A stretch of 64,000 nucleotides of DNA from a virus (lineage: Duplodnaviria > Heunggongvirae > Uroviricota > Caudoviricetes): IMG/VR virus record IMGVR_UViG_3300011338_000526. One strand, given 5' to 3'. The position numbers were made by a program, and so were the translations under genes. The notes beneath the pieces were generated by a model that saw nothing but the letters and a program-made list of their open reading frames with translations, was not told the DNA's origin and ran no database searches. Positions 20,114 through 29,164 of the stretch are shown here, piece after piece. Positions within the stretch are counted from its first letter, which is position 1, and every line of letters starts with the position of its first letter.

Positions 20114-20143
20114 CATACACGTTACGTAACGTGTATGATTTAT
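20114..20143 (+). terminator. 24-nt perfect palindrome then T-rich tail (putative terminator/operator)
   Basis: catacacgttacgtaacgtgtatg, followed by atttatt. Confidence 0.35.
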
Positions 20144-20156
20144 TGAGAGATCTGTA

Positions 20157-21209
20157 ATGATTGACAATTTTGACTTGATGGAGACAAACGAGATCTCCAA
20201 TTCTAACGCCAATGGCGGTACAGAAATGTATATGAGATTTCTGTATAACGGCAGGATACCCCGAGAACTGCTTGAGAACGTCCAAATCGTCCCGAGCCGC
20301 CTGCGTCAACTGAAAGAAGACAAGATCAGAATTTGGTTCGAACATAATCTCCCCAACGATCCGGAGAGTATGAAACCTTTCGCTGACGCCAATCTCAAGG
20401 AAAGCTTCCAAAAATTCGTTTTCGTTTCTGATTGGCAATATCAATCGTTCATCAACCATGTTGGCGCGCCGTATTCCCCGAAGTGTTCTGTTATAGGAGG
20501 CGGTGTAGATTGTATCGAATCATTTTCGATGAATCCGGATCTTCCTGTAAAACCGGATGCGAAGGAAAGAGTGAATATTTCTTATCACACAACTCCTCAT
20601 CGCGGTCTTGAATTGCTTATCCCGGTTTTCTTAAAGCTGGCTGAAGAAGATAAGCGCATACACCTACACGTTCATTCATCTTTTAAGATGTATGGATGGG
20701 GCGCTCGCGACGAGCAATATGAAGAGATATTCAATATTTGTAAGACCCACCCGCAGATCACTTATCATGGGTTCACGAAGTATGAGGATTTGATTAAGAA
20801 ACTAGAAAACGAATACCACATTTTCGCTTATCCTAATATTTGGCCAGAGACTATGTGTCGCGCTCTTGTCGAGAGTATGTACTACGGGCTTGATTGCGTT
20901 CATCCCAATTTTGCTGCTTTACCGGACACATCGGGCGGGTTGAATAAGTACATGTACAACGGATCTCTCGATCACAACGAACACGCCAATCTTCACTACA
21001 TCAATTTGAAAAACGCTATTGAAGATTGTAGACAGTCTGATAGCAGCCGCATTGATCGGTTAAGATTCAACCGTCGGTATGTTCAAAATCGTTACAGTGC
21101 GGAAGTCGCGTATGACAAATGGATTAAGATTCTTCGAGAATTGAACGAACAATACCCTACAGTCCAATCTCGTGCCGCTCAAAAGAAATTCTTCGTGTAT
21201 AGGACTTAA
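20157..21209 (+). CDS. hypothetical protein (possible glycosyltransferase)
   Basis: 350-aa ORF. Weak GT-like features. Confidence 0.4.
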   Translation: MIDNFDLMETNEISNSNANGGTEMYMRFLYNGRIPRELLENVQIVPSRLRQLKEDKIRIWFEHNLPNDPESMKPFADANLKESFQKFVFVSDWQYQSFINHVGAPYSPKCSVIGGGVDCIESFSMNPDLPVKPDAKERVNISYHTTPHRGLELLIPVFLKLAEEDKRIHLHVHSSFKMYGWGARDEQYEEIFNICKTHPQITYHGFTKYEDLIKKLENEYHIFAYPNIWPETMCRALVESMYYGLDCVHPNFAALPDTSGGLNKYMYNGSLDHNEHANLHYINLKNAIEDCRQSDSSRIDRLRFNRRYVQNRYSAEVAYDKWIKILRELNEQYPTVQSRAAQKKFFVYRT

Positions 21210-21264
21210 GGTCGACCGTCGTATTCAAGCGGAGTTCGGGCGCGATAAAACTTAAAAATAAAGC

Positions 21265-21292
21265 TTGACTTCTATAGAAAAAAAGGTATAAT
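21265..21292 (+). promoter_or_regulatory. early promoter module. Downstream gene apparently leaderless
   Basis: TTGACT 21265-70, TATAAT 21287-92. ATG 21299 only 6 nt after -10. Confidence 0.5.
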
Positions 21293-21298
21293 ACGTAT

Positions 21299-21676
21299 AT
21301 GGACATTGCCAATAACGTCATCGCGTTTCCGGGTAAAAACCTTCGAGGTCCTCAAACGATCGAGGAGGTTACAGACACTTTGGATTTAGTTCGGCAGGTC
21401 CATATACAGGAGACTTTGGAGTTGATCGTTCCTATGCTGTTCGATAACATCTCTCATGCAGGATTCAACCCCGATGAAGAAGATGAGAATGCACTATTGA
21501 AGCATGGGGCTATGGTTGTAGAGGCAGTCAGATCGTTCCTTTGTAAGGTATCTGGCATTGAACATCCTCTACAGATTATCGCAGAGAACCTGTTCGAGCA
21601 AGTTGACGCTGATGGCAATCTAGAAGTCTCTGACAAAGTCAAAATAGTAATAACCCCAAATGATGGAAAGTCGTAG
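21299..21676 (+). CDS. hypothetical protein
   Basis: 125-aa ORF. Confidence 0.45.
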   Translation: MDIANNVIAFPGKNLRGPQTIEEVTDTLDLVRQVHIQETLELIVPMLFDNISHAGFNPDEEDENALLKHGAMVVEAVRSFLCKVSGIEHPLQIIAENLFEQVDADGNLEVSDKVKIVITPNDGKS

Positions 21677-21678
21677 AC

Positions 21679-22356
21679 TTAGATGGTCGGACCCTTTCGT
21701 TCAGCCCAACGAGCAATTTGAGAGTCTCTCATTTTCCGCTTCGTCTCTTCGGAATGAACCACACCCTTCTTAGCTTTGTTGTGAGGCGATCTGTCTTTAA
21801 TTGAAATTGTTTTGCAATTATCAAAATGCCAACGTTTCATTGCTGAGGAATTCTTTCCCATATGCCCGCAATGGGGGCAGACTGACCCTAATAAAAAATT
21901 GTGAGAACCATCTTCTATTCTTTTACTAGCGTTCTTTTTTTGCATTTCGTTGTTTAACAGATGATGCGTGCCATCCGCGACTCGTCTGCGATTTGAGATA
22001 GTTTGAGACGCGCCTGTTAGCCAATGATGAGTTCCGTTTTGTACTCTTTCTTTGGCAGCTTTGCTGGCCATCTCAGACACTCTTTTAGTGTCGTTATCCA
22101 TTCTGAGTGCTATCAGAGCGCAAGCTCTATGATCGCCTTGGCGTAGATGAATTTCGTAATGTTCTTCTATGGGTACGGCGATAAGATTAGATGGATCGTT
22201 ATTTCTGTGATTGCCATCTTTGTGATGTATATCGTAGGATCTTCCCTTATCATCTTTGGGGATATTGCCGAAATGTTTGCGGTATACAGTTCGATGAGAA
22301 TTGTTTTCGCGGCGGGGCTTATTATAAGTATTCATGGCTGATGTTCCTTCTAACAT
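21679..22356 (-). CDS. HNH homing endonuclease
   Basis: HHKDGNHRNNDPSNL HNH motif plus C-terminal Cys pairs. Inverted orientation between plus-strand genes. Confidence 0.7.
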   Translation of the reverse strand: MLEGTSAMNTYNKPRRENNSHRTVYRKHFGNIPKDDKGRSYDIHHKDGNHRNNDPSNLIAVPIEEHYEIHLRQGDHRACALIALRMDNDTKRVSEMASKAAKERVQNGTHHWLTGASQTISNRRRVADGTHHLLNNEMQKKNASKRIEDGSHNFLLGSVCPHCGHMGKNSSAMKRWHFDNCKTISIKDRSPHNKAKKGVVHSEETKRKMRDSQIARWAERKGPTI

Positions 22357-22439
22357 TAGAGTCAGTGGAGTTCGTACCTCGCGACTGACAGCTCTATTTA
22401 TAACAACTAACTGCTCAAGGAGAGCGTGTTATTATTATT

Positions 22440-23285
22440 ATGGATTTTTCTCAAGTGATGTTGAGTAATATCATGGTCCAGCTGGGCAACCACACCAACG
22501 CAGAGATTGAAGAATCAATGTGTCGCCATATGGTGCTCAATTCCATTAGGTCTTTCAAGACCAAGTTTGGCGATGAATATGGTGAGTTAGTGATAGCGAC
22601 AGATTCGAAAAATTATTGGCGTCGTCAGCTGTTCCCTTACTACAAGGCGAACCGTAAGAAGAATCAGGCGACCTCCGAACTCAACTGGAAGGCAATCTTT
22701 GAGTGCTTGAATAAGGTCCGCGAGGAACTCAAGCTTGTCTTTCCATATCGAGTGATCGACATTGAACAGGCTGAGGCTGATGATGTCATCGGCACTCTCT
22801 GCCGCGAATTTGGCAACACCAACGAGAAGATTCTGATCCTGTCTGGTGATAAAGACTTCATCCAGCTGCAGCGTTATATCAACGTCAGGCAGTATGATCC
22901 TGTGCGCAAGAAGTATATCACTCACAACAACCCTGATAAGTTCCTCAAGGAGCATATCATTAAGGGCGACTCCGGCGATGGTGTTCCCAACTTCCTCAGC
23001 CCGGATAACTGCCTGGTTGTGGGTGAGCGGCAGAAACCTATCACTGCTAAGAAGCTTGAGGTTTGGGTTGATCAGGATCCGGAACGGTTCTGCACTGAGC
23101 TGATGCTGCGCAACTATAAGCGTAACGAACAACTGATCGACCTAAGTATGATTCCGGAGCACATTTCCAAGAGCATCATGGAAAGCTTCACCAATCAAAA
23201 AGGAAAGAAGGCTAATAAGTTGATGGACTACTTTATCGCTAACCGTTTGAAGAACCTGATGGAAAGTCTGGGAGATTTCGTATGA
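22440..23285 (+). CDS. RNase H / 5'-3' flap endonuclease (T4 rnh-like)
   Basis: PIN-like and H3TH motifs: ELVIATDSKNYWRR, ADDVIGTL, ILSGDKDFIQL. Confidence 0.75.
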   Translation: MDFSQVMLSNIMVQLGNHTNAEIEESMCRHMVLNSIRSFKTKFGDEYGELVIATDSKNYWRRQLFPYYKANRKKNQATSELNWKAIFECLNKVREELKLVFPYRVIDIEQAEADDVIGTLCREFGNTNEKILILSGDKDFIQLQRYINVRQYDPVRKKYITHNNPDKFLKEHIIKGDSGDGVPNFLSPDNCLVVGERQKPITAKKLEVWVDQDPERFCTELMLRNYKRNEQLIDLSMIPEHISKSIMESFTNQKGKKANKLMDYFIANRLKNLMESLGDFV

Positions 23286-23710
23286 TGAAGTTGAGTGTGT
23301 CGGAGATCCTGAAGAAGGCATCTCTGATTGAAGATGAAAATCAAAGGATCGACTGGCTTCGTCACAACAACAGCGTCGCCCTCGAAAGCGTCCTGCGTGG
23401 CGCATATGATTCTACAATCAAGTGGCTGCTTCCCGAAGGATCGCCTCCGTATAAGCCAAGCGAGCTGGTCGATCAGCAACACATCTTGTACGCCGAATCT
23501 CGTAAGCTTTACCTGTTCATTGAGGGTGGCAATCCTAATCTCAATCCGCTACGCCGAGAAGCTCTGTTCGTTCAGCTACTTGAGGCTGTAGATCCTGAAG
23601 ACGCGAAGCTTTTGCTGGCTGTCAAGGATAAGAAGATCCCCTATCCGCACATCTCTCCCGAGTTTGTCCGCAAGGCGTTTCCGGGAATCCTGCACGAGGC
23701 GCAAGTCTAA
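23282..23710 (+). CDS. hypothetical protein
   Basis: 142-aa ORF. Confidence 0.5.
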   Translation: MMKLSVSEILKKASLIEDENQRIDWLRHNNSVALESVLRGAYDSTIKWLLPEGSPPYKPSELVDQQHILYAESRKLYLFIEGGNPNLNPLRREALFVQLLEAVDPEDAKLLLAVKDKKIPYPHISPEFVRKAFPGILHEAQV

Positions 23711-23714
23711 TACA

Positions 23715-23897
23715 ATGAGTAAGTCTAAGCCTAAGATCGGCGGTCGCAAGGACTGGAACGATAATGAAGATGATTACTACTACGTCGACGCTAAGGAATT
23801 GAAGCAGCGACGTAGAGAAAAGCGAATGAAGAATTTGATTCGCTCTAAGAATGTTGACAGACTTATGGAGATGGATGATGACAATGACTACGACTGA
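23715..23897 (+). CDS. small charged protein
   Basis: MSKSKPKIGGRKDW... with acidic tail. Confidence 0.4.
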   Translation: MSKSKPKIGGRKDWNDNEDDYYYVDAKELKQRRREKRMKNLIRSKNVDRLMEMDDDNDYD

Positions 23898-24069
23898 TGT
23901 TGAGCAAATTCTCGGAGACATCGACGAAGCTTATGGGCAGGTCGCTGTGTCAATCTACAAGCTTTGCAAGATGGGCGAAGACGAACAAGCAGTGAATGAG
24001 TTAAGCATATTCATAGCTATGCTGAACGAAGACCTTAACCGAATTCAAAACAAGATCGACAGGAAGTAA
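23884..24069 (+). CDS. small hypothetical protein
   Basis: ATG 23884 with GGAG 12 nt upstream. Overlaps previous gene by 14 nt. Confidence 0.3.
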   Translation: MTTTDVEQILGDIDEAYGQVAVSIYKLCKMGEDEQAVNELSIFIAMLNEDLNRIQNKIDRK

Positions 24070-24075
24070 GAGCGA

Positions 24076-24327
24076 ATGCCATCCTACTCATTCAAGAACC
24101 TAAATACTGGCGAGGAATTCATAACCGTCATGTCGATGGCTGAAAGGGAGGAGTACGTAAAGACTAACCCGCACATCCAGCAACAACTGATCGCTGCTCC
24201 AGCCCTCGGTGATTCGATTCGAATGGGGATGGTCAAGCCTCCCGACTCTTTCAGAGACATTTTGCGAGAAGTAAAGAAGAAGAATTCAAAGGGGTTTTCT
24301 CGAAGTACGATCAACACATTTGATTGA
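24076..24327 (+). CDS. hypothetical protein
   Basis: 83-aa ORF. Confidence 0.45.
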   Translation: MPSYSFKNLNTGEEFITVMSMAEREEYVKTNPHIQQQLIAAPALGDSIRMGMVKPPDSFRDILREVKKKNSKGFSRSTINTFD

Positions 24328-25094
24328 GGAATTTAATGCCAGCAGCAACCCAACAAAAAAGAATTTCTAGAAAAGAAAAACGGGTACAAAAAGAAAATCA
24401 AGAAGCTGTCAAAGAAAAATTCAACTTTACACTCCGGAGAATCACTCCGCTAACTGATAATCAACGACTAACATTCGACAACTACGAAAGTAATAAACAC
24501 TTGCTACTGATAGGAACAGCCGGTACAGGCAAATCCTTCCTGTCAATTTATCTTGGTATGCAAGACATCATGGAAGAACAGACGCATAAGAAGATGGTAA
24601 TCATCCGCAGCGTCGTTCCTACAAGAGACATGGGCTTCCTTCCTGGCAATAACAAGGAAAAGTCCAAAGTCTATGAAGCTCCCTACTACTCGATCTTCTC
24701 GGAGATCTTCGGTAGAGGTGATGCGTACGAGTATCTCAAAAACAAAAATGTAGTCGAGTTCATGACAACCTCATTCGTTCGAGGTATCACACTCAACAAC
24801 TGTATCATCGTCGTTGATGAAATTCAGAACATGACAGCTAATGAATTACATTCTGTTTTCACTAGAATTGGTAAGAATTGTAGAGTTGTGTTTGCTGGCG
24901 ACATTAAACAGAACGACTTGAGCGGTAAGCGAGAACAATCAGGCTTTAAGGACTTCTTTAAAGTCCTTGACGAAATGAGAGACTTTAGTACAATAGAGTT
25001 TACGAGGGAGGATATCGTTCGTTCCGACCTAGTGAAGTCATACATCATTGCGCGAGAAAAGCTTGAGGAAAAGGGCTTGGTCGCTTCATTGTAA
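24324..25094 (+). CDS. phoH: PhoH-like ATPase
   Basis: Walker A LLIGTAGTGKSF. PhoH-like layout. Confidence 0.8.
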   Translation: MRNLMPAATQQKRISRKEKRVQKENQEAVKEKFNFTLRRITPLTDNQRLTFDNYESNKHLLLIGTAGTGKSFLSIYLGMQDIMEEQTHKKMVIIRSVVPTRDMGFLPGNNKEKSKVYEAPYYSIFSEIFGRGDAYEYLKNKNVVEFMTTSFVRGITLNNCIIVVDEIQNMTANELHSVFTRIGKNCRVVFAGDIKQNDLSGKREQSGFKDFFKVLDEMRDFSTIEFTREDIVRSDLVKSYIIAREKLEEKGLVASL

Positions 25095-25110
25095 AGAGGA
25101 TGTTTTTGTT

Positions 25111-25434
25111 ATGGATGACATTGTTGAGCGTTTAGCTGATGCTAAAATTACAACATCGGCTAGAGCGAGAGATGAGCATGATGCGGAAGTTTACGCCGCT
25201 CTCGGAGACGCTTCGGATGAAATCGAGCGTCTCCGAGACAAGTGTGATAAGCAGGCTCGTATCATTCAGCAGGCTTATCCCGAATATTGCCCCGACGTGT
25301 ATTTCATTACAGGACATGCAGGCAACGAAGATTCTAACGGCATGCCAGAAGAGATTTACGTGTGTCCGTCATATGGCGTCGACTGGATTATGGTTTACAA
25401 GCGTACAGACAAGACAAGCGGTCCCGAGTGGTGA
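25111..25434 (+). CDS. hypothetical protein
   Basis: ATG 25111 with AAGAGGA upstream. Confidence 0.45.
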   Translation: MDDIVERLADAKITTSARARDEHDAEVYAALGDASDEIERLRDKCDKQARIIQQAYPEYCPDVYFITGHAGNEDSNGMPEEIYVCPSYGVDWIMVYKRTDKTSGPEW

Positions 25435-25655
25435 GATGGCAAGATGATTGTGTGGTAGAACGTATCTTCACTCAAACTGGAGATACTAACTATCCAGGCG
25501 GTCAGCATGCCGGAACACCCCGCTCCAGTATACGAGTTACCCATACACCATCGGGAATTATGGTGCAGTGCGGCGAGTTGAATTCGCCGCATAAGAACAA
25601 AATGCTCTGCATGGAGATGCTTGAGTGGGCTATGATTAAAACGGGAGTCATATGA
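25431..25655 (+). CDS. mini GGQ-domain protein (class I release factor / ArfB peptidyl-tRNA hydrolase domain)
   Basis: YPGGQHAGTPRSSIRVTHTPSGIMVQCGELNSPHKNKMLCMEM matches RF GGQ domain GGQHVNKT.SAVRITHIPTGIVV.CQ..RSQHKNK. Only GTG starts available (GTGGTGA overlap with upstream stop). Frame also open back to 25362. Confidence 0.55.
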   Translation: MRWQDDCVVERIFTQTGDTNYPGGQHAGTPRSSIRVTHTPSGIMVQCGELNSPHKNKMLCMEMLEWAMIKTGVI

Positions 25656-25873
25656 TGAGATACTACAGCCATAACGTATATGATGAGAATCATCCTGATC
25701 TCGGCTACGTTGATACGAAGTCCGAGCAGGAGATCATAAACGAGTACTGGCCATACTGGTACGATAAGATGTGCGAGAAGTTTGGCAAGTCTCTTATTGA
25801 CAACAACTACTCAATTGAGGATTGCCTCGACGACTGGGTAGTGGCTAACTGGGCATGGGAAGTGAAAGAATGA
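25652..25873 (+). CDS. hypothetical protein
   Basis: 73-aa ORF. Confidence 0.45.
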   Translation: MMRYYSHNVYDENHPDLGYVDTKSEQEIINEYWPYWYDKMCEKFGKSLIDNNYSIEDCLDDWVVANWAWEVKE

Positions 25874-25920
25874 GCGAAGAATTTCTGGGCGTGGGAGGTG
25901 AAAGAATGAGCGAAGAATTT
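25857..25920 (+). repeat. 36-nt tandem duplication of a translation-initiation region (SD+ATG+first codons)
   Basis: gggaagtgaaagaATGagcgaagaattt, then gggaggtgaaagaATGagcgaagaattt. Confidence 0.6.
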
Positions 25921-26187
25921 AAATCGATTATGGAAAGCTCTGGTATGGCTCTTTGGAGCGCATACTTGGACAAGAAGATGGAGCTTGAAGACGCCGAGGA
26001 TCGTATCGAGCTGTTAGAAACTGCGTTGCGTAAGTTGCTGACGTTAGTAGATGCATGTAAGATGGTTGAAAAAGGCGCTGGAGCAATGGCCATCGATGCA
26101 CAGATCAGACGATCTGTCTACTTGAACGTGCCAGCATATCCTTTCGAAGAAGCGCGAGAAGCATTGGAAAGAATTAGTCATGAATGA
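25906..26187 (+). CDS. hypothetical protein (alt start 25855/25870)
   Basis: ATG in second repeat copy with GGAGGTG SD. Confidence 0.4.
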   Translation: MSEEFKSIMESSGMALWSAYLDKKMELEDAEDRIELLETALRKLLTLVDACKMVEKGAGAMAIDAQIRRSVYLNVPAYPFEEAREALERISHE

Positions 26188-26446
26188 TATTGTAGAGCGG
26201 TTGCTCAACCCGTTCCCAAGCAACCGCGATGCCGAGCGGCGAGAAGCTGCAGAAGAAATTGAACGGCTGCGGGAGGCTCAGGAAGAAGTGATTACTGTTA
26301 CCGCTGATCTCATCGCTCGTCGCAATATGGAGTGCGCGGGATGCTGCGGTCCTTCTGCGAAAGAGGATGAATATGAAGGTTATTTGGACGAAGCAAAAAG
26401 AGAAATCCGAGACGCCATCCTCAGAGAGAGATATAATGTCGATTGA
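26180..26446 (+). CDS. hypothetical protein
   Basis: 88-aa ORF. Confidence 0.4.
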   Translation: MNDIVERLLNPFPSNRDAERREAAEEIERLREAQEEVITVTADLIARRNMECAGCCGPSAKEDEYEGYLDEAKREIRDAILRERYNVD

Positions 26447-26828
26447 TTATGATAAGCTTGTAGAGAAGTACGACTATCAGACCAAGCTAGATATCGCAGC
26501 TTGGGTTATCTCTAAGATTGACGAGCATGGAAACGATCCAGGTTCGTTCAGGGGTCTCATTTACGGTCTACTCGGTTTCAGTATGGATGCATATGTGCCT
26601 CTGTATGAAGCAGGCGGTATGAACATCACAAACGAGCTGGACTATGAACGTCCAGGAGCTCTCTTGAAATTGATTGAAGAGCAAAGGATCGAGAACATTG
26701 AACTGAAACGTTTCTCTAATGTTTGCGATGAGCCTGGCTGTTTCAGATATGCTAGTTGCGGTTGGCCAAGCGAAGCTGGCTACAGAAGAACCTGTTATGA
26801 ACACTCTAATTTTGAAAAGAGCAAGTGA
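26436..26828 (+). CDS. hypothetical protein
   Basis: ATG 26436 overlapping upstream stop. Confidence 0.4.
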   Translation: MSIDYDKLVEKYDYQTKLDIAAWVISKIDEHGNDPGSFRGLIYGLLGFSMDAYVPLYEAGGMNITNELDYERPGALLKLIEEQRIENIELKRFSNVCDEPGCFRYASCGWPSEAGYRRTCYEHSNFEKSK

Positions 26829-27280
26829 TGAAGAATTGGGATTCCTACTTTATGGAGATGGCTACTTTGGTAGCATCGAAGTCGAAGGATCGGTCAACCA
26901 AGGTTGGCTGTGTGATCGTTGGTCCTAACAACGAAGTCCGTTCGACGGGATACAATGGATTCTGTAGGGGAGTTGATGATGACAATTATGATCGTCATGA
27001 GCGCCCAGAGAAGTATCTTTGGACAGAGCATGCGGAGCGCAATGCTATCTTCAATGCTGCGAGGAATGGCATTCGCATGGAAGACTGCACGGCATACACT
27101 ACAATGTTCCCCTGCAGTGATTGCGCTCGGTCGTTCATTCAGTCTGGTATTCGCCGGATTGTCACTCGTCCGATTCGTCAGAACACCAAGATCCCCACTC
27201 ATAGCTACACGACTTCAATGAACATGATGAATGAAGTAGGTATGTACGTTGATATGATCTACGAGGACGAGAGTGTTTAA
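26825..27280 (+). CDS. dCMP deaminase
   Basis: HAERNAI ... PCSDCA zinc-binding cytidine/deoxycytidylate deaminase motifs. Confidence 0.8.
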   Translation: MMKNWDSYFMEMATLVASKSKDRSTKVGCVIVGPNNEVRSTGYNGFCRGVDDDNYDRHERPEKYLWTEHAERNAIFNAARNGIRMEDCTAYTTMFPCSDCARSFIQSGIRRIVTRPIRQNTKIPTHSYTTSMNMMNEVGMYVDMIYEDESV

Positions 27281-27953
27281 CACAAAGAGAACTAAAGAGT
27301 TCCTACACAGCTTCATCAATCTCCCGGATCTAGAAACGACGGAGATTGGAGGCAAGAGACATTACGTTACGCCAATGGGCAACTTCCCTTCCGTGACTAC
27401 GGTCATAGGAGAGAGGTTGCCCAAAGACGGTTTGGTGGCTTGGCGCGAACGAGTCGGCGAGGAAGAAGCCAACAAAGTGATGAATCAGGCTGCGCATAGA
27501 GGGACAGCAATTCACTCTATCTGCGAAAACTACCTGATGAACATTGAATATAGAAAGGGCGTGATGCCCTTTGATCTTGATACGTTCTCTCGTATCAGAC
27601 CTCACCTTGATCGCAATGTAGGATCGATCTATGGTATTGAGGTTCCGCTTTGGTCGGCTCAACTCAAGACAGCTGGTAGAACAGACCTTCTGGCTGGTTG
27701 GGATGGGATCAACTCTGTCATTGACTTCAAGACGTCTAGACGAGTGAAGACTGAGGATCATATTGAAGGTTACTTCATCCAGGCAACCTGTTATGGAATG
27801 ATGGCGGAGGAGCTTACTGGGTTGAAGTTCCCTCAGATCGTTGTCATCATTGCAGTTGATCATGAAGATTCTCAAATATTTGTGAAAAGGTCAGAAGATT
27901 ATTACGATCGAATGTTTAAGATTTTTGGCGACAATTATCGAAATGAAATCTAG
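27273..27953 (+). CDS. PD-(D/E)XK family nuclease (RecB/Cas4-like exonuclease fold)
   Basis: GRTDLLAGWDG...IDFKTS D-x(n)-(D/E)xK arrangement. AIHSICENY. Confidence 0.55.
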   Translation: MFNTKRTKEFLHSFINLPDLETTEIGGKRHYVTPMGNFPSVTTVIGERLPKDGLVAWRERVGEEEANKVMNQAAHRGTAIHSICENYLMNIEYRKGVMPFDLDTFSRIRPHLDRNVGSIYGIEVPLWSAQLKTAGRTDLLAGWDGINSVIDFKTSRRVKTEDHIEGYFIQATCYGMMAEELTGLKFPQIVVIIAVDHEDSQIFVKRSEDYYDRMFKIFGDNYRNEI

Positions 27954-28076
27954 TCATATTCGATTTATTTGTAGAGCTTTTTTCGCAATGGGAACACTGA
28001 TAGAGCGTCGTGCTGTGTTTTCTTTGTTCGTCAAGCGCAGAGACTTATATGTCAACAGGGTTCTAGAAATCTTCGC

Positions 28077-28110
28077 ATAAAAAAAGGCGCTAATTAGCGC
28101 CTTTTTATAA
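28077..28110. terminator. bidirectional rho-independent terminator
   Basis: A-run, aggcgc-taatta-gcgcct, T-run. Confidence 0.7.
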
Positions 28111-28113
28111 ATA
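28106..28113 (+). promoter_or_regulatory. T4-type late promoter TATAAATA upstream of HNH gene
   Basis: TATAAATA 26 nt before ATG 28139. Confidence 0.4.
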
Positions 28114-28138
28114 GTCGTACGATATATGGGAGATTTCT

Positions 28139-28483
28139 ATGACTATTTTACAAGAAAGAGAAGTTCCTTTTTGCAAAAGCTGCGGTGTAGAACCTGCAGC
28201 TAAACAAGGCATTTCTAAATTAGGATATCAAAAATACAGATCGGTTTGTCATTGGTGCCATAAGAACAAAAGACCGCACTTACTTTACCGTTCTTATAAG
28301 AAAGAGTCTTGTGAGGAATGCGGGTTCTTGGCTGTCAATAGATGTCAACTTGACGTAGATCACAAGGATGGGAACCATTCAAATCACGATCCTGACAACC
28401 TCGTGACCCTTTGCGCTAATTGCCACAGATTGAAAACTTACTTAAAAAAAGAAAATACGAACCTACGATGCAGGTCAGTCTAG
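28139..28483 (+). CDS. HNH homing endonuclease
   Basis: DVDHKDGNHSNHDPDNLVTLCANCH. Confidence 0.7.
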   Translation: MTILQEREVPFCKSCGVEPAAKQGISKLGYQKYRSVCHWCHKNKRPHLLYRSYKKESCEECGFLAVNRCQLDVDHKDGNHSNHDPDNLVTLCANCHRLKTYLKKENTNLRCRSV

Positions 28484-28660
28484 GTTGTAGTCGTATGCGT
28501 TACGCTCTTTGTTCCAGGTGACGCCTTTGTAGTTTTTGGGATCATATGTCTGCGACACCTTACGAGGTTTGATCTCGGGCGTCGCAGACTTGTATGGTTC
28601 TTTTTTATTAGTCGCCTTACTCACGATGTTGTGTATGACTTTATTAACTCGATCTGACAT
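28475..28660 (-). CDS. small Lys-rich protein
   Basis: 61-aa ORF at end of reverse-strand island. Confidence 0.3.
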   Translation of the reverse strand: MSDRVNKVIHNIVSKATNKKEPYKSATPEIKPRKVSQTYDPKNYKGVTWNKERNAYDYNLD

Positions 28661-28701
28661 GATGCCCCCATAAGTTTTAACTATTTATGAGGGTTGGAAC
28701 C

Positions 28702-29160
28702 TCAGTCGTGTTCAAATTCTTCAACGTCGGCACCATCCTTATGAACGCGAACCCAGACGCCTTCGCCATACGCTGCACGGAGCACTTCTTCTGGCATACT
28801 AGCCATGATGCGCTGCATAGTATCCATAGCTATACTCAAAGCTTCATCTTCAACCGTTACACCCCAATCGTTGATCAAACCTTCATCACCTTCGCCCCAT
28901 GCAACTTCACGCTCGTTGAGTTCGGTATGTGAAGTGGTAGTGAACCACATATCATTCATACTAAAGACGCATTCTTCGCCATCATTAAAATGTGGTGTAT
29001 ACTGAGTCCAGTGGATCGTCTTAACCTTCGGGAACTCTTCGAAGAATGCAGCGAACACCTTGTTCATCTCAACTCGCATTGTGTCTTGTAGACCTTTTGC
29101 AAGCTGTTCAAACTTCGCGAGAGTGCCATTAATGTTGGTTGCAGTATCATTAAAGCTCAT
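28702..29160 (-). CDS. acidic hypothetical protein
   Basis: 152-aa ORF. Confidence 0.45.
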   Translation of the reverse strand: MSFNDTATNINGTLAKFEQLAKGLQDTMRVEMNKVFAAFFEEFPKVKTIHWTQYTPHFNDGEECVFSMNDMWFTTTSHTELNEREVAWGEGDEGLINDWGVTVEDEALSIAMDTMQRIMASMPEEVLRAAYGEGVWVRVHKDGADVEEFEHD

Positions 29161-29164
29161 AATA

